Shown piece after piece: positions 52,256 through 59,301 of a stretch of 64,000 nt of DNA (position 1 is its first letter; every line of letters begins with the position of its first letter). This stretch comes from Pseudomonadota bacterium (lineage in GTDB: Bacteria > Pseudomonadota > Alphaproteobacteria > Caulobacterales > Hyphomonadaceae). The stretch is from the NCBI GenBank assembly GCA_038522375.1, contig JBCBKE010000004.1, positions 4,310-68,309 on the forward strand. Direction: 5' to 3'. The position numbers and the translations under genes were made by a program. The notes beneath the pieces are model-generated. The model made no database searches, had not been told where the DNA came from, and worked only from the letters and a program-made list of their open reading frames with translations.

Positions 52256-53158
52256 ATGATGGCCCAGATTTATCTGATCGCTGCGCCCGGAGACAAGGAT
52301 GCTGGCGACGCACTCGCTGAATGGCTGAAGCTCCGCGGGTTCGTTGTACGCACCGACTACGGGTCGTTCCAGTATCCCCCATTGCGCGGCAATGAAGTGC
52401 TGGTGATGCTGTGGTCTCGCACCGCCCTCATGAGCGTCAAGCAGATGTTCCTCATCAACCGTGCGATCGATGCCTGGGAGGCGGGGCGGCTCGTGGCCGT
52501 GAAACTGGATCATGGATTGAAGCCCCGCGGGCTTGGGGATGTGGACATGGTGGACCTTGCTTTCGCACCCGCGCGGGAGCACCGATACATGGACGTGGCG
52601 AAAGCGGTGCGGGAGATCGCATCACCGCCAGCGCCGCCAATGGCTCCTGCGCCGTTTCCTGCGCCGGGTGGTGCCGCGCCGCTTGGCAGCCGCGCATCAT
52701 CCGATGCCGCATCATCCCGCGATTTCGGGAAGGACGTGATCCCCATGCCCGTCGCGGGCAAGGCGACGACGCCCGATCTTTTCGTCTCCTACGCCCATGC
52801 CGACAAGGAAACGGTGTTGCCGATCGTGGAGCGGGTCGAGGGCATGGGCGTCGATGTCTGGATAGACCGGGAGGACATCAAGGTCGGCCAGGGCTGGGCG
52901 GGCGCCATCGTCCGGGCCATCAAGACGGTCTCCCGGGTCTGTTTGATGTGCTCGGAGAAGGCATTCCAGTCAGACCATGTCCGCCGAGAGATCTACCTGG
53001 CGGACAAGTACGGCAAGGCCCTGGTTCCCGTTCGATTGGACAATGCAGAGATGCCAGAGGACATTGAATATTTCCTGATCGACAAGCAGTGGCTTGACGC
53101 TGCTGTCATCGCTGGACCCGACGGCGAAGCGACACTGCGCGAAGTGTTTGCCGCCTAG
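52256..53158 (+). CDS. tandem TIR-domain protein (degenerate N-terminal TIR-like domain + canonical C-terminal TIR domain)
   Basis: The C-terminal half DLFVSYAHADKE...VWIDREDIKVGQGW...CSEKAFQSDHVRREIYLA...LVPVRLD shows the bacterial TIR/TIR_2 motif order. The N-terminal half repeats the same pattern (IYLIAAPGDKD...LWSRTALMSV...LVAVKLD). A Pro/Ala-rich linker joins them. The start is ATG 52256 or 52259; the GTG at 52235 seems less likely. Confidence 0.8.
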   Translation: MMAQIYLIAAPGDKDAGDALAEWLKLRGFVVRTDYGSFQYPPLRGNEVLVMLWSRTALMSVKQMFLINRAIDAWEAGRLVAVKLDHGLKPRGLGDVDMVDLAFAPAREHRYMDVAKAVREIASPPAPPMAPAPFPAPGGAAPLGSRASSDAASSRDFGKDVIPMPVAGKATTPDLFVSYAHADKETVLPIVERVEGMGVDVWIDREDIKVGQGWAGAIVRAIKTVSRVCLMCSEKAFQSDHVRREIYLADKYGKALVPVRLDNAEMPEDIEYFLIDKQWLDAAVIAGPDGEATLREVFAA

Positions 53159-53174
53159 GGAACAAATACCCCCA

Positions 53175-53256
53175 GACTCCAGAATCCATTACATTTCCCT
53201 GAATTTTGATCGTGTTCTCGGAACGTTCGGACAACCGCACGATTCTTTAACGAATC
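53175..53256. promoter_or_regulatory. cluster of four GANTC (CcrM-type methylation) sites
   Basis: The sites are GACTC 53175-53179, GAATC 53182-53186, GATTC 53241-53245 and GAATC 53252-53256. The last two form the inverted repeat CGATTC-N6-GAATCG. TTAA-N7-CTAA (53247-53261) is one mismatch from a CtrA box. Confidence 0.4.
53214..53228 (+). promoter_or_regulatory. GTTC-N7-GTTC direct repeat (LexA/SOS-box pattern) overlapping GTTC-N3-GAAC and GAACGTTC palindromes, upstream of ftsB
   Basis: The sequence is GTTCtcggaacGTTC, in the AT-rich 127-nt gap between the TIR gene and ftsB. Confidence 0.3.
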
Positions 53257-53285
53257 GCTAAGAATTAGCAGTCAAGTCCCTTTCC

Positions 53286-53561
53286 ATGGATCGGATCGCT
53301 GCTGGCACGTTGTGCACCCTCATTGTGTATTTTGCCTATCACGCTTTCGCCGGAGAGGCTGGGTTGGGGGAGTATGCGGATATGCAAACGGAGCTGGCAG
53401 AAAAGCAGGCAACGCTAGCGGCCCTGCAGTCTGAAATCTTGCGTCTGGAAACGGACATTCGGCGTCTGACGCCCGAAACCGCAGACCCCGATCATATCGA
53501 GGCACTGGCGCGTGAAAAGCTGGCATTTGTTTTCCCCGACGAGCTGGTGCTTGTGGAGTAG
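53286..53561 (+). CDS. ftsB: septum formation initiator family protein (FtsB/DivIC-like)
   Basis: 91-aa protein with an N-terminal TM, a coiled coil (..LAEKQATLAALQSEILRLETDIRRL..), and ...EALAREKLAFVFPDE.... Its position upstream of pdhA is typical of alphaproteobacteria. Confidence 0.85.
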   Translation: MDRIAAGTLCTLIVYFAYHAFAGEAGLGEYADMQTELAEKQATLAALQSEILRLETDIRRLTPETADPDHIEALAREKLAFVFPDELVLVE

Positions 53562-53663
53562 CGCTCTGTCCATGCGTATCTGCATGGAAAGTTTACCGCG
53601 CTGCCCCTTCTCCTTGTCCTCGACCTGTGACCTACTCTCCGCAAAAGAGATAGGAGGAACAGT

Positions 53664-54656
53664 ATGGCGGATGATGAGGCTGGCGTGCGGGCGCTGGGCG
53701 CCAAATCGCTCCTGTCCGACTATCGCATGATGTTGCTCATCCGGCGCTTCGAGGAGCGGGCCGGACAGCTGTACGGTATGGGTCACATTGCCGGATTCTG
53801 CCACCTTTATATCGGCCAGGAAGCGGTCGTCGTGGGGCTCCAGGCCGAAGCGGAAACGGGCGACCAGGTCATCACCGGTTATCGCGACCATGGGCACATG
53901 TTGGCTTGCGGCATGGATCCAAAGGGCGTCATGGCCGAACTGACCGGCCGGGCCACGGGTTACTCCAAAGGCAAGGGCGGGAGCATGCACATGTTTTCGC
54001 GGGAAAAGCAGTTCTTTGGCGGGCACGGGATCGTGGGTGCCCAGGTGTCCATCGGCACGGGGCTTGGCTTCGCCAATAAGTACAAGGGCAATGACAAGGT
54101 TTGCCTCGCCTATTTCGGCGATGGCGCCGCCAACCAGGGGCAGGTCTATGAGAGCTTCAACATGGCGTCGCTGTGGAACTTGCCCGTCGTCTACGTGATC
54201 GAGAACAACCAGTATGCGATGGGAACGAGCGTTGCCCGGGCCTCCGCAGAGACTGAACTCTACAAGCGGGGTATCTCCTTCGAGATCGAGGGCGAGCCGG
54301 TTGACGGAATGGATGTGGTTGCCGTGAGGGCTGCGGCAAAGAAAGCGCTCGCCTATGCGCGCTCGGGCAGGGGTCCATACATCCTTGAAATGAAGACCTA
54401 CCGTTACCGCGGCCATTCGATGTCGGATCCTGCAAAGTACCGCAAGCGTGAGGAGGTGGATGATGTCCGCTCCCACCACGACCCGATCGACGGATTGAAA
54501 GGCACGCTGCTTGAGGCGGGCTATTCCACAGAGGACGATCTCAAGGCATTGGACAAGGAAATCCGGGCCGAAATAAAGGCGGCGGCCGATTACGCGCTCG
54601 ACAGCCCGGAGCCCGATCCTGCCGAGCTCTACACTGATGTTCTGGTAGAGGCGTAA
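53664..54656 (+). CDS. pdhA: pyruvate dehydrogenase E1 component subunit alpha
   Basis: Contains ...MMLLIRRFEERAGQLYGMGHIAGFCHLYIGQEA... and the TPP motif ...GDGAANQGQVYESFNMA.... Confidence 0.95.
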   Translation: MADDEAGVRALGAKSLLSDYRMMLLIRRFEERAGQLYGMGHIAGFCHLYIGQEAVVVGLQAEAETGDQVITGYRDHGHMLACGMDPKGVMAELTGRATGYSKGKGGSMHMFSREKQFFGGHGIVGAQVSIGTGLGFANKYKGNDKVCLAYFGDGAANQGQVYESFNMASLWNLPVVYVIENNQYAMGTSVARASAETELYKRGISFEIEGEPVDGMDVVAVRAAAKKALAYARSGRGPYILEMKTYRYRGHSMSDPAKYRKREEVDDVRSHHDPIDGLKGTLLEAGYSTEDDLKALDKEIRAEIKAAADYALDSPEPDPAELYTDVLVEA

Positions 54657-54661
54657 TCGAC

Positions 54662-55147
54662 ATGCACTTGGCACAACTGAATATCGGAGAGATCCTCTAT
54701 CCCATGGATGATCCACGCATGGCGGGCTTTGCCGGACGCCTGGCACTGATCAATCAACTGGCCGAGCGGTCTGACGGGTTTGTCTGGCGTCTGGAAGATG
54801 AGGGCGATCTGGATGGCGCGACGGATCTGCGGTTGCCGGGCGCGCACGATACGCTGGTGAACATGTCGGTCTGGCGGGATGTGGAGAGCCTCTACCGCTA
54901 TGTCTACCTGACCGCCCATGCCAAGGTGATGAAGGATCGGCGGAACTGGTTCGTGCCGCTGAAGCGCCGCCATCTGGTGTTGTGGTGGGTTGAGGCGGGG
55001 CATGTTCCGAAGCTGGAGGAGGCGGCCGACCGGTTGGCGCAATTGCAGGCCAATGGCCCGGCGCCGACCGCCTTCGACTTCGCCAACCCATTCGATGAAA
55101 CCGGGCGGCCGGTGACGCTGCCATCGGTCAAGAAACTCTGTGCCTAG
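54662..55147 (+). CDS. DUF3291 domain-containing protein
   Basis: 161-aa protein starting MHLAQLNIGEILYPMDDPRMAGF... and containing ...NMSVWRDVESLYRYVY...HAKVMKDRRNWF.... It lies 5 nt after the pdhA stop. Confidence 0.7.
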   Translation: MHLAQLNIGEILYPMDDPRMAGFAGRLALINQLAERSDGFVWRLEDEGDLDGATDLRLPGAHDTLVNMSVWRDVESLYRYVYLTAHAKVMKDRRNWFVPLKRRHLVLWWVEAGHVPKLEEAADRLAQLQANGPAPTAFDFANPFDETGRPVTLPSVKKLCA

Positions 55148-55158
55148 GGAGGGCAAGC

Positions 55159-55563
55159 ATGCCACTGGAATACTCATATCTCGTCGCCGCCGTGATCGTC
55201 TTTTCCATTCACATTCTGGCCGAGGCCGTTGCCGGCAATCTGCAGTACAACTTGAAGGACCTCGCGGGGGCGCGGGACAATCTGCCCGAACCGAATGCAG
55301 CGGTTGGCCGGTGCAAGCGCGCGTCCCAGAACATGTTGGAAGCCCTGATCTTGTTTGCGCCGCTGGTCATCGTGGCGGTTGAAACCGGCCGGACCAATGG
55401 GATGACCGAGCTGGGGGCGGGGATTTTCCTGGGCGCTCGCATTCTTTACGCGCCAAGCTACTGGTTTGGCATCCCGTGGCTTCGGACGCTGGTCTGGTTC
55501 GCCGGGATCATCGGCACCGTCATGGTGCTGCTCCAGGTTTTGCCGTTCAGCGGGGCAGCGTAG
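55159..55563 (+). CDS. MAPEG family membrane protein
   Basis: 134-aa protein with four hydrophobic segments. Motifs are ...[15 protein letters not shown]... and ...[11 protein letters not shown].... Confidence 0.7.
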   Translation: MPLEYSYLVAAVIVFSIHILAEAVAGNLQYNLKDLAGARDNLPEPNAAVGRCKRASQNMLEALILFAPLVIVAVETGRTNGMTELGAGIFLGARILYAPSYWFGIPWLRTLVWFAGIIGTVMVLLQVLPFSGAA

Positions 55564-55567
55564 GACC

Positions 55568-55816
55568 GTGGCCGTCGATATCCTCATGCCGGCCTTGTCC
55601 CCAACCATGGAGGAAGGGACGCTGTCGAAATGGCTGAAAGCCGAGGGCGATACGGTGGAAGCCGGCGATGTGATCGCGGAGATCGAAACCGACAAGGCGA
55701 CGATGGAAGTCGAGGCGGTCGATGAGGGAGTGATTTCCAAGATCCTCGTCCCCGAAGGAACAGAGGGGGTTGCCGTCAACGCCGTTATCGCCCGCCTGAT
55801 TGAGGACGGGGAGGAT
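55568..55816 (+). repeat. lipoyl-domain coding repeat, copy 1 (pdhB 5' end)
   Basis: An 83-codon block paralogous to 57775-58023. The 56-nt core at 55673-55728 differs at only 2 positions from 57880-57935. Confidence 0.85.
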
Positions 55817-56959
55817 GAGGCCGAGCGCGAGCCGGGCGCATCCGAAAGCGCTGCCAAGCCGCTGGCTAAGCCTTCAAACGACACGCATGAAGCGTCTCAC
55901 GCAGGTGCTGATGTGGTATCGGTCGGGCAAGTCGCGCCACAGCCTCCCGTCGCCGATCCGTCGATCCCCGAAGGAACGACCTTCACAGACACCGCCATTC
56001 GCGACGCCCTTCGCGATGCAATGGCCGAGGAAATGCGGCGGGACGAGACGGTGTTCGTGATCGGCGAGGAAGTGGCGGAGTACCAGGGCGCTTATAAGGT
56101 TACCCGCGAATTGCTTCAGGAATTTGGCGCCCGCCGGGTCGTCGATACGCCGATCACCGAGCATGGGTTTGCCGGCCTGGGGGTTGGTGCCGCTTTCGGT
56201 GGCCTTCGGCCAGTCGTGGAATTCATGACGTTCAACTTTGCCATGCAGGCGATCGATCACATCATCAATTCAGCCGCCAAGACCCTGTACATGTCCGGTG
56301 GCCAGATGGGGTGCCCCATCGTGTTCCGAGGGCCGAACGGGGCGGCTTCAAGGGTCGGGGCGCAACACAGCCAGGATTATTCAGCCTGGTACGGCCATGT
56401 TCCCGGTCTGAAAGTTGTCGCGCCCTACGATGCCGCCGACGCGAAGGGCCTCCTGAAGGCCGCGATCCGCGATCCCAATCCCGTTGTGTTTCTCGAACAC
56501 GAATTGCTTTACGGCGAAAGCCATCCTGTGCCTGATATCGAAGACTGGGTGTTGCCGATCGGCAAGGCCAAGGTGCGCCGCGAAGGCACCGACGTCACCC
56601 TTACCGCCTCGTCGCGCATGGTCGGCTTTGCCCTGAAGGCGGCAGAGGTGCTGTCGGGCGAAGGCGTTTCCTGCGAGGTGGTCGATTTGCGGACGATCCG
56701 CCCATTGGACACAGCAACCGTCGTCGAGAGCGTGAAGAAAACCAGCAGGCTGGTGACTTGCGAGGAAGGCTGGCGGTTCTTCGGTGTCGGTGCGGAACTC
56801 TGCGCAACAGTTGTCAACGAAGCGTTCGACTACCTGGATGCCCCGCCCACCCGTGTCCACCAGAAGGACGTCCCGCTGCCCTATGCCGGCAACCTCGAAG
56901 CCTTCAGCCTGCCCGGCGTGGAAGATATCGTGGCAGCGGTCCGCGCTGTGACGGCCTGA
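55568..56959 (+). CDS. pdhB: pyruvate dehydrogenase E1 component subunit beta with N-terminal lipoyl domain
   Basis: The GTG start gives [23 protein letters not shown]...[12 protein letters not shown] (lipoyl-Lys motif). The transketolase-like E1 beta body follows (...[13 protein letters not shown]..., ...[11 protein letters not shown]...). Confidence 0.93.
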   Translation: MAVDILMPALSPTMEEGTLSKWLKAEGDTVEAGDVIAEIETDKATMEVEAVDEGVISKILVPEGTEGVAVNAVIARLIEDGEDEAEREPGASESAAKPLAKPSNDTHEASHAGADVVSVGQVAPQPPVADPSIPEGTTFTDTAIRDALRDAMAEEMRRDETVFVIGEEVAEYQGAYKVTRELLQEFGARRVVDTPITEHGFAGLGVGAAFGGLRPVVEFMTFNFAMQAIDHIINSAAKTLYMSGGQMGCPIVFRGPNGAASRVGAQHSQDYSAWYGHVPGLKVVAPYDAADAKGLLKAAIRDPNPVVFLEHELLYGESHPVPDIEDWVLPIGKAKVRREGTDVTLTASSRMVGFALKAAEVLSGEGVSCEVVDLRTIRPLDTATVVESVKKTSRLVTCEEGWRFFGVGAELCATVVNEAFDYLDAPPTRVHQKDVPLPYAGNLEAFSLPGVEDIVAAVRAVTA

Positions 56960-56980
56960 GTGTGATAGGGTAGGGACGCC

Positions 56981-57562
56981 ATGAATATTCAACGCTCCGA
57001 CACGCCACCCGACACGCTCAAGCGTCACAAGATCACCTATGACGAGTACCTGAAGTACTGGAGCGAATACCTCCACCGCGTCTGTGAGAAGACAGAACTG
57101 CTCGACGGAGTGATCCACGAAATACCGGCTGATGGCCCTTTGACGATCGAATGGAACAACAGTCTCACGGACTGGCTATACGCGTCCCTTCCCGCGAGCG
57201 TGCGCGTCACCGTCGACAAGACACTCCGGTTGAGCGCGGCCTGGGCACCCACGCCTGACTTCTACCTCTATCCTGACGGAACGCCGATTGCTGACCTTCA
57301 GCCGCGGGACATCCCGCTCATCATCGAGGTCTCCAACACCACGCTCACCTACGACCTGGGCGGCAAGGCAGACACCTACGCCCGACACGGGATCCGAGAA
57401 TACTGGGTCATCGACCCGAACTCGAAGACCCTCTACGCCCACCAATTGGGCGAGGACGGCGTCTATGGCGAGCCAGCAGAGATTGGGTTCACAGATACGA
57501 TCACCGCAAAGCATATCCCCGGCCTGACCCTGCGCATGGCCGACCTTCCGAGGATGTCATAG
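56981..57562 (+). CDS. Uma2 family (DUF820) PD-(D/E)xK-like endonuclease
   Basis: 193-aa protein with ...ELLDGVIHEIP..., ...PDFYLY... and ...LIIEVSNTTLTYDLGGKADTYARHGIREYWVID..., the characteristic Uma2 core. Confidence 0.75.
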   Translation: MNIQRSDTPPDTLKRHKITYDEYLKYWSEYLHRVCEKTELLDGVIHEIPADGPLTIEWNNSLTDWLYASLPASVRVTVDKTLRLSAAWAPTPDFYLYPDGTPIADLQPRDIPLIIEVSNTTLTYDLGGKADTYARHGIREYWVIDPNSKTLYAHQLGEDGVYGEPAEIGFTDTITAKHIPGLTLRMADLPRMS

Positions 57563-57775
57563 GTGGCTGTGACGTATCGATACGAAACCGTGAGTGTCCG
57601 AGTGGATCCCTCGCGCAATGAGCAGGAGACGGCCGCCGCCATCAATGCAGAAACGGCGGAAAGCCCCTGTGCGCGATTGGTGCATCAGACCCCAATGACG
57701 AAACCAAGCCTGATGTCTGACGCCTCCAAGACCTACGCCATCCTCCTGACGTTCGAGACCGAGGTCGACGCCTGA
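57563..57775 (+). CDS. hypothetical protein (70 aa)
   Basis: The GTG start directly abuts the Uma2 stop, and the stop overlaps the pdhC ATG (TGATG). Third-codon positions are G/C-rich like the host's coding regions. No family recognised. Confidence 0.45.
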   Translation: MAVTYRYETVSVRVDPSRNEQETAAAINAETAESPCARLVHQTPMTKPSLMSDASKTYAILLTFETEVDA

Positions 57776-58023
57776 TGCCCATTTCCATCACCATGCCTGC
57801 CCTGTCGCCCACCATGGAGGAGGGCACGCTGTCGAAATGGCTCGTGAAGGCTGGGGACACGATTGAGGCCGGGGACATCATCGCGGAGATCGAAACCGAC
57901 AAGGCAACGATGGAAGTCGAGGCGGTCGACGAGGGGACCGTGGTCGAGATCCTTGTTGCGGAAGGCACCGAAGGGGTCGCCGTCAACGCCGTGATCGCCG
58001 TCCTTGCCGAAGAGGGCGAGGAT
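57775..58023 (+). repeat. lipoyl-domain coding repeat, copy 2 (pdhC 5' end)
   Basis: See copy 1. Both copies share ...[17 protein letters not shown]...[18 protein letters not shown]...[13 protein letters not shown].... Confidence 0.85.
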
Positions 58024-59181
58024 ACCGGGAGCGTCTCGGTGGAAAGCCCCGGTGTGGCTTCGTCGACGGCCGCTTCGACGGGACAGGCCTCCCCGCCTTC
58101 GTCCCCGCCCCCGCCAAAGCCCGAGGGCAGTGGCAAGGGCCTGCAAACCGGCGCCGGGGCAGGGCTATCCCCTGAACCTGCGAAGGGGACAGGCAATGAC
58201 GTATCCGCGCAACTCGCCTCCACGCCGATGAAGCTCGCCGACGTTGGCAATGGCGAAACCCGCATCAAGGCGAGCCCGCTGGCCCGGCGCATCGCTGCGC
58301 TGAAGGGGATCGATCTTGCAGGCCTCAGGGGCTCTGGCCCCCATGGCCGGATCATTCGCGCCGATGTGGAAAAGGCTGGCACGGGCACGGCATTGGTGAC
58401 CTCAACCCGTTCGGAAGTCGTCTCGACGACCCCTGCCACACCCGACAGCCTCATCTTGCCCCAGGTGCTCGATGATCGGGTCTACGCGCCGGATAGTTAC
58501 GAACTGGTCCCGCTCGACGGGATGCGGAAGACCGTCGCCAGACGCCTGACCCAGAGCTTCATGCAGGTGCCGCATTTTCCGTTGACCGTGGATATCCGGC
58601 TCGACCGGCTGCTGGCGGCCCGGTCCGGCATCAATGCGGCGGCGCCCGAAGGCGTGAAGGTCTCGGTCAACGACATGCTGATCAAGGCATCGGGGCTCGC
58701 CCTGATTGATGAGCCGGACTGCAATGCCAGCTACAGCGATAATGGCATCGCCTACCACAAGTCCGCCCATATCAGCGTCGCGGTCGCCATTGATGGCGGC
58801 CTCATCACGCCGGTGATCCGGGACGCCCAGGAGAAGTCCCTGCGCCAGATCTCGGCGGAGATGAAGGACCTCGCGACCCGCGCCCGCGATCGCAAACTCA
58901 AGCCCCAGGAGTATATGGGCGGCACGTTCTCGCTATCGAACCTTGGCATGTTCGGCATTCGGGATTTCGCCTCCATCATCAACCCGCCCGAGGGGATGAT
59001 CATGTCTGTCGGCGCGGGCGAGAAACGCCCGATCGTGCTGGAGGATGGTACGCTCGGGGTCGGCACCATGATGAGCGTCACCCTGACCTGCGACCACCGC
59101 GTCATCGGTGGCGCGGATGGCGCTCGCTGGCTCCAGGCTTTCAAGCGCTACGTGGAAACGCCAGAGGCGATGTTGCTGTGA
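57775..59181 (+). CDS. pdhC: pyruvate dehydrogenase E2 (dihydrolipoyllysine-residue acetyltransferase)
   Basis: Lipoyl domain, Pro/Ser-rich linker, E3-binding domain (..[16 protein letters not shown]..) and catalytic domain (..[14 protein letters not shown]..) are all present. Confidence 0.95.
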   Translation: MPISITMPALSPTMEEGTLSKWLVKAGDTIEAGDIIAEIETDKATMEVEAVDEGTVVEILVAEGTEGVAVNAVIAVLAEEGEDTGSVSVESPGVASSTAASTGQASPPSSPPPPKPEGSGKGLQTGAGAGLSPEPAKGTGNDVSAQLASTPMKLADVGNGETRIKASPLARRIAALKGIDLAGLRGSGPHGRIIRADVEKAGTGTALVTSTRSEVVSTTPATPDSLILPQVLDDRVYAPDSYELVPLDGMRKTVARRLTQSFMQVPHFPLTVDIRLDRLLAARSGINAAAPEGVKVSVNDMLIKASGLALIDEPDCNASYSDNGIAYHKSAHISVAVAIDGGLITPVIRDAQEKSLRQISAEMKDLATRARDRKLKPQEYMGGTFSLSNLGMFGIRDFASIINPPEGMIMSVGAGEKRPIVLEDGTLGVGTMMSVTLTCDHRVIGGADGARWLQAFKRYVETPEAMLL

Positions 59182-59291
59182 GTGATGAATCTGAGCGCAA
59201 TGGCAACATCAGTTTTACGATGGTGTTCCTCATCTCGTTTGCAATTCCAATTGCGATCATTGTTTTAGGCAGGATCGCTTCGTTCTTCTGA
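59178..59291 (+). CDS. candidate 37-aa single-TM micro-protein (speculative)
   Basis: My own translation, as this ORF is below the track cutoff: [38 protein letters not shown]. The GTG overlaps the pdhC stop (GTGA). The stop lies inside the lpdA Shine-Dalgarno region (TGAGGA). Confidence 0.3.
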   Translation: MSDESERNGNISFTMVFLISFAIPIAIIVLGRIASFF

Positions 59292-59301
59292 GGACATTAT
59301 C

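Noticed and set aside
52256-53158. The TIR gene as part of a Thoeris (ThsA/ThsB) or other known TIR-based defence operon.
   Set aside because: No SIR2/SLOG (ThsA), STING, Macro, caspase-like or other effector gene is adjacent. Both neighbours are housekeeping genes. It is kept only as an orphan TIR finding.
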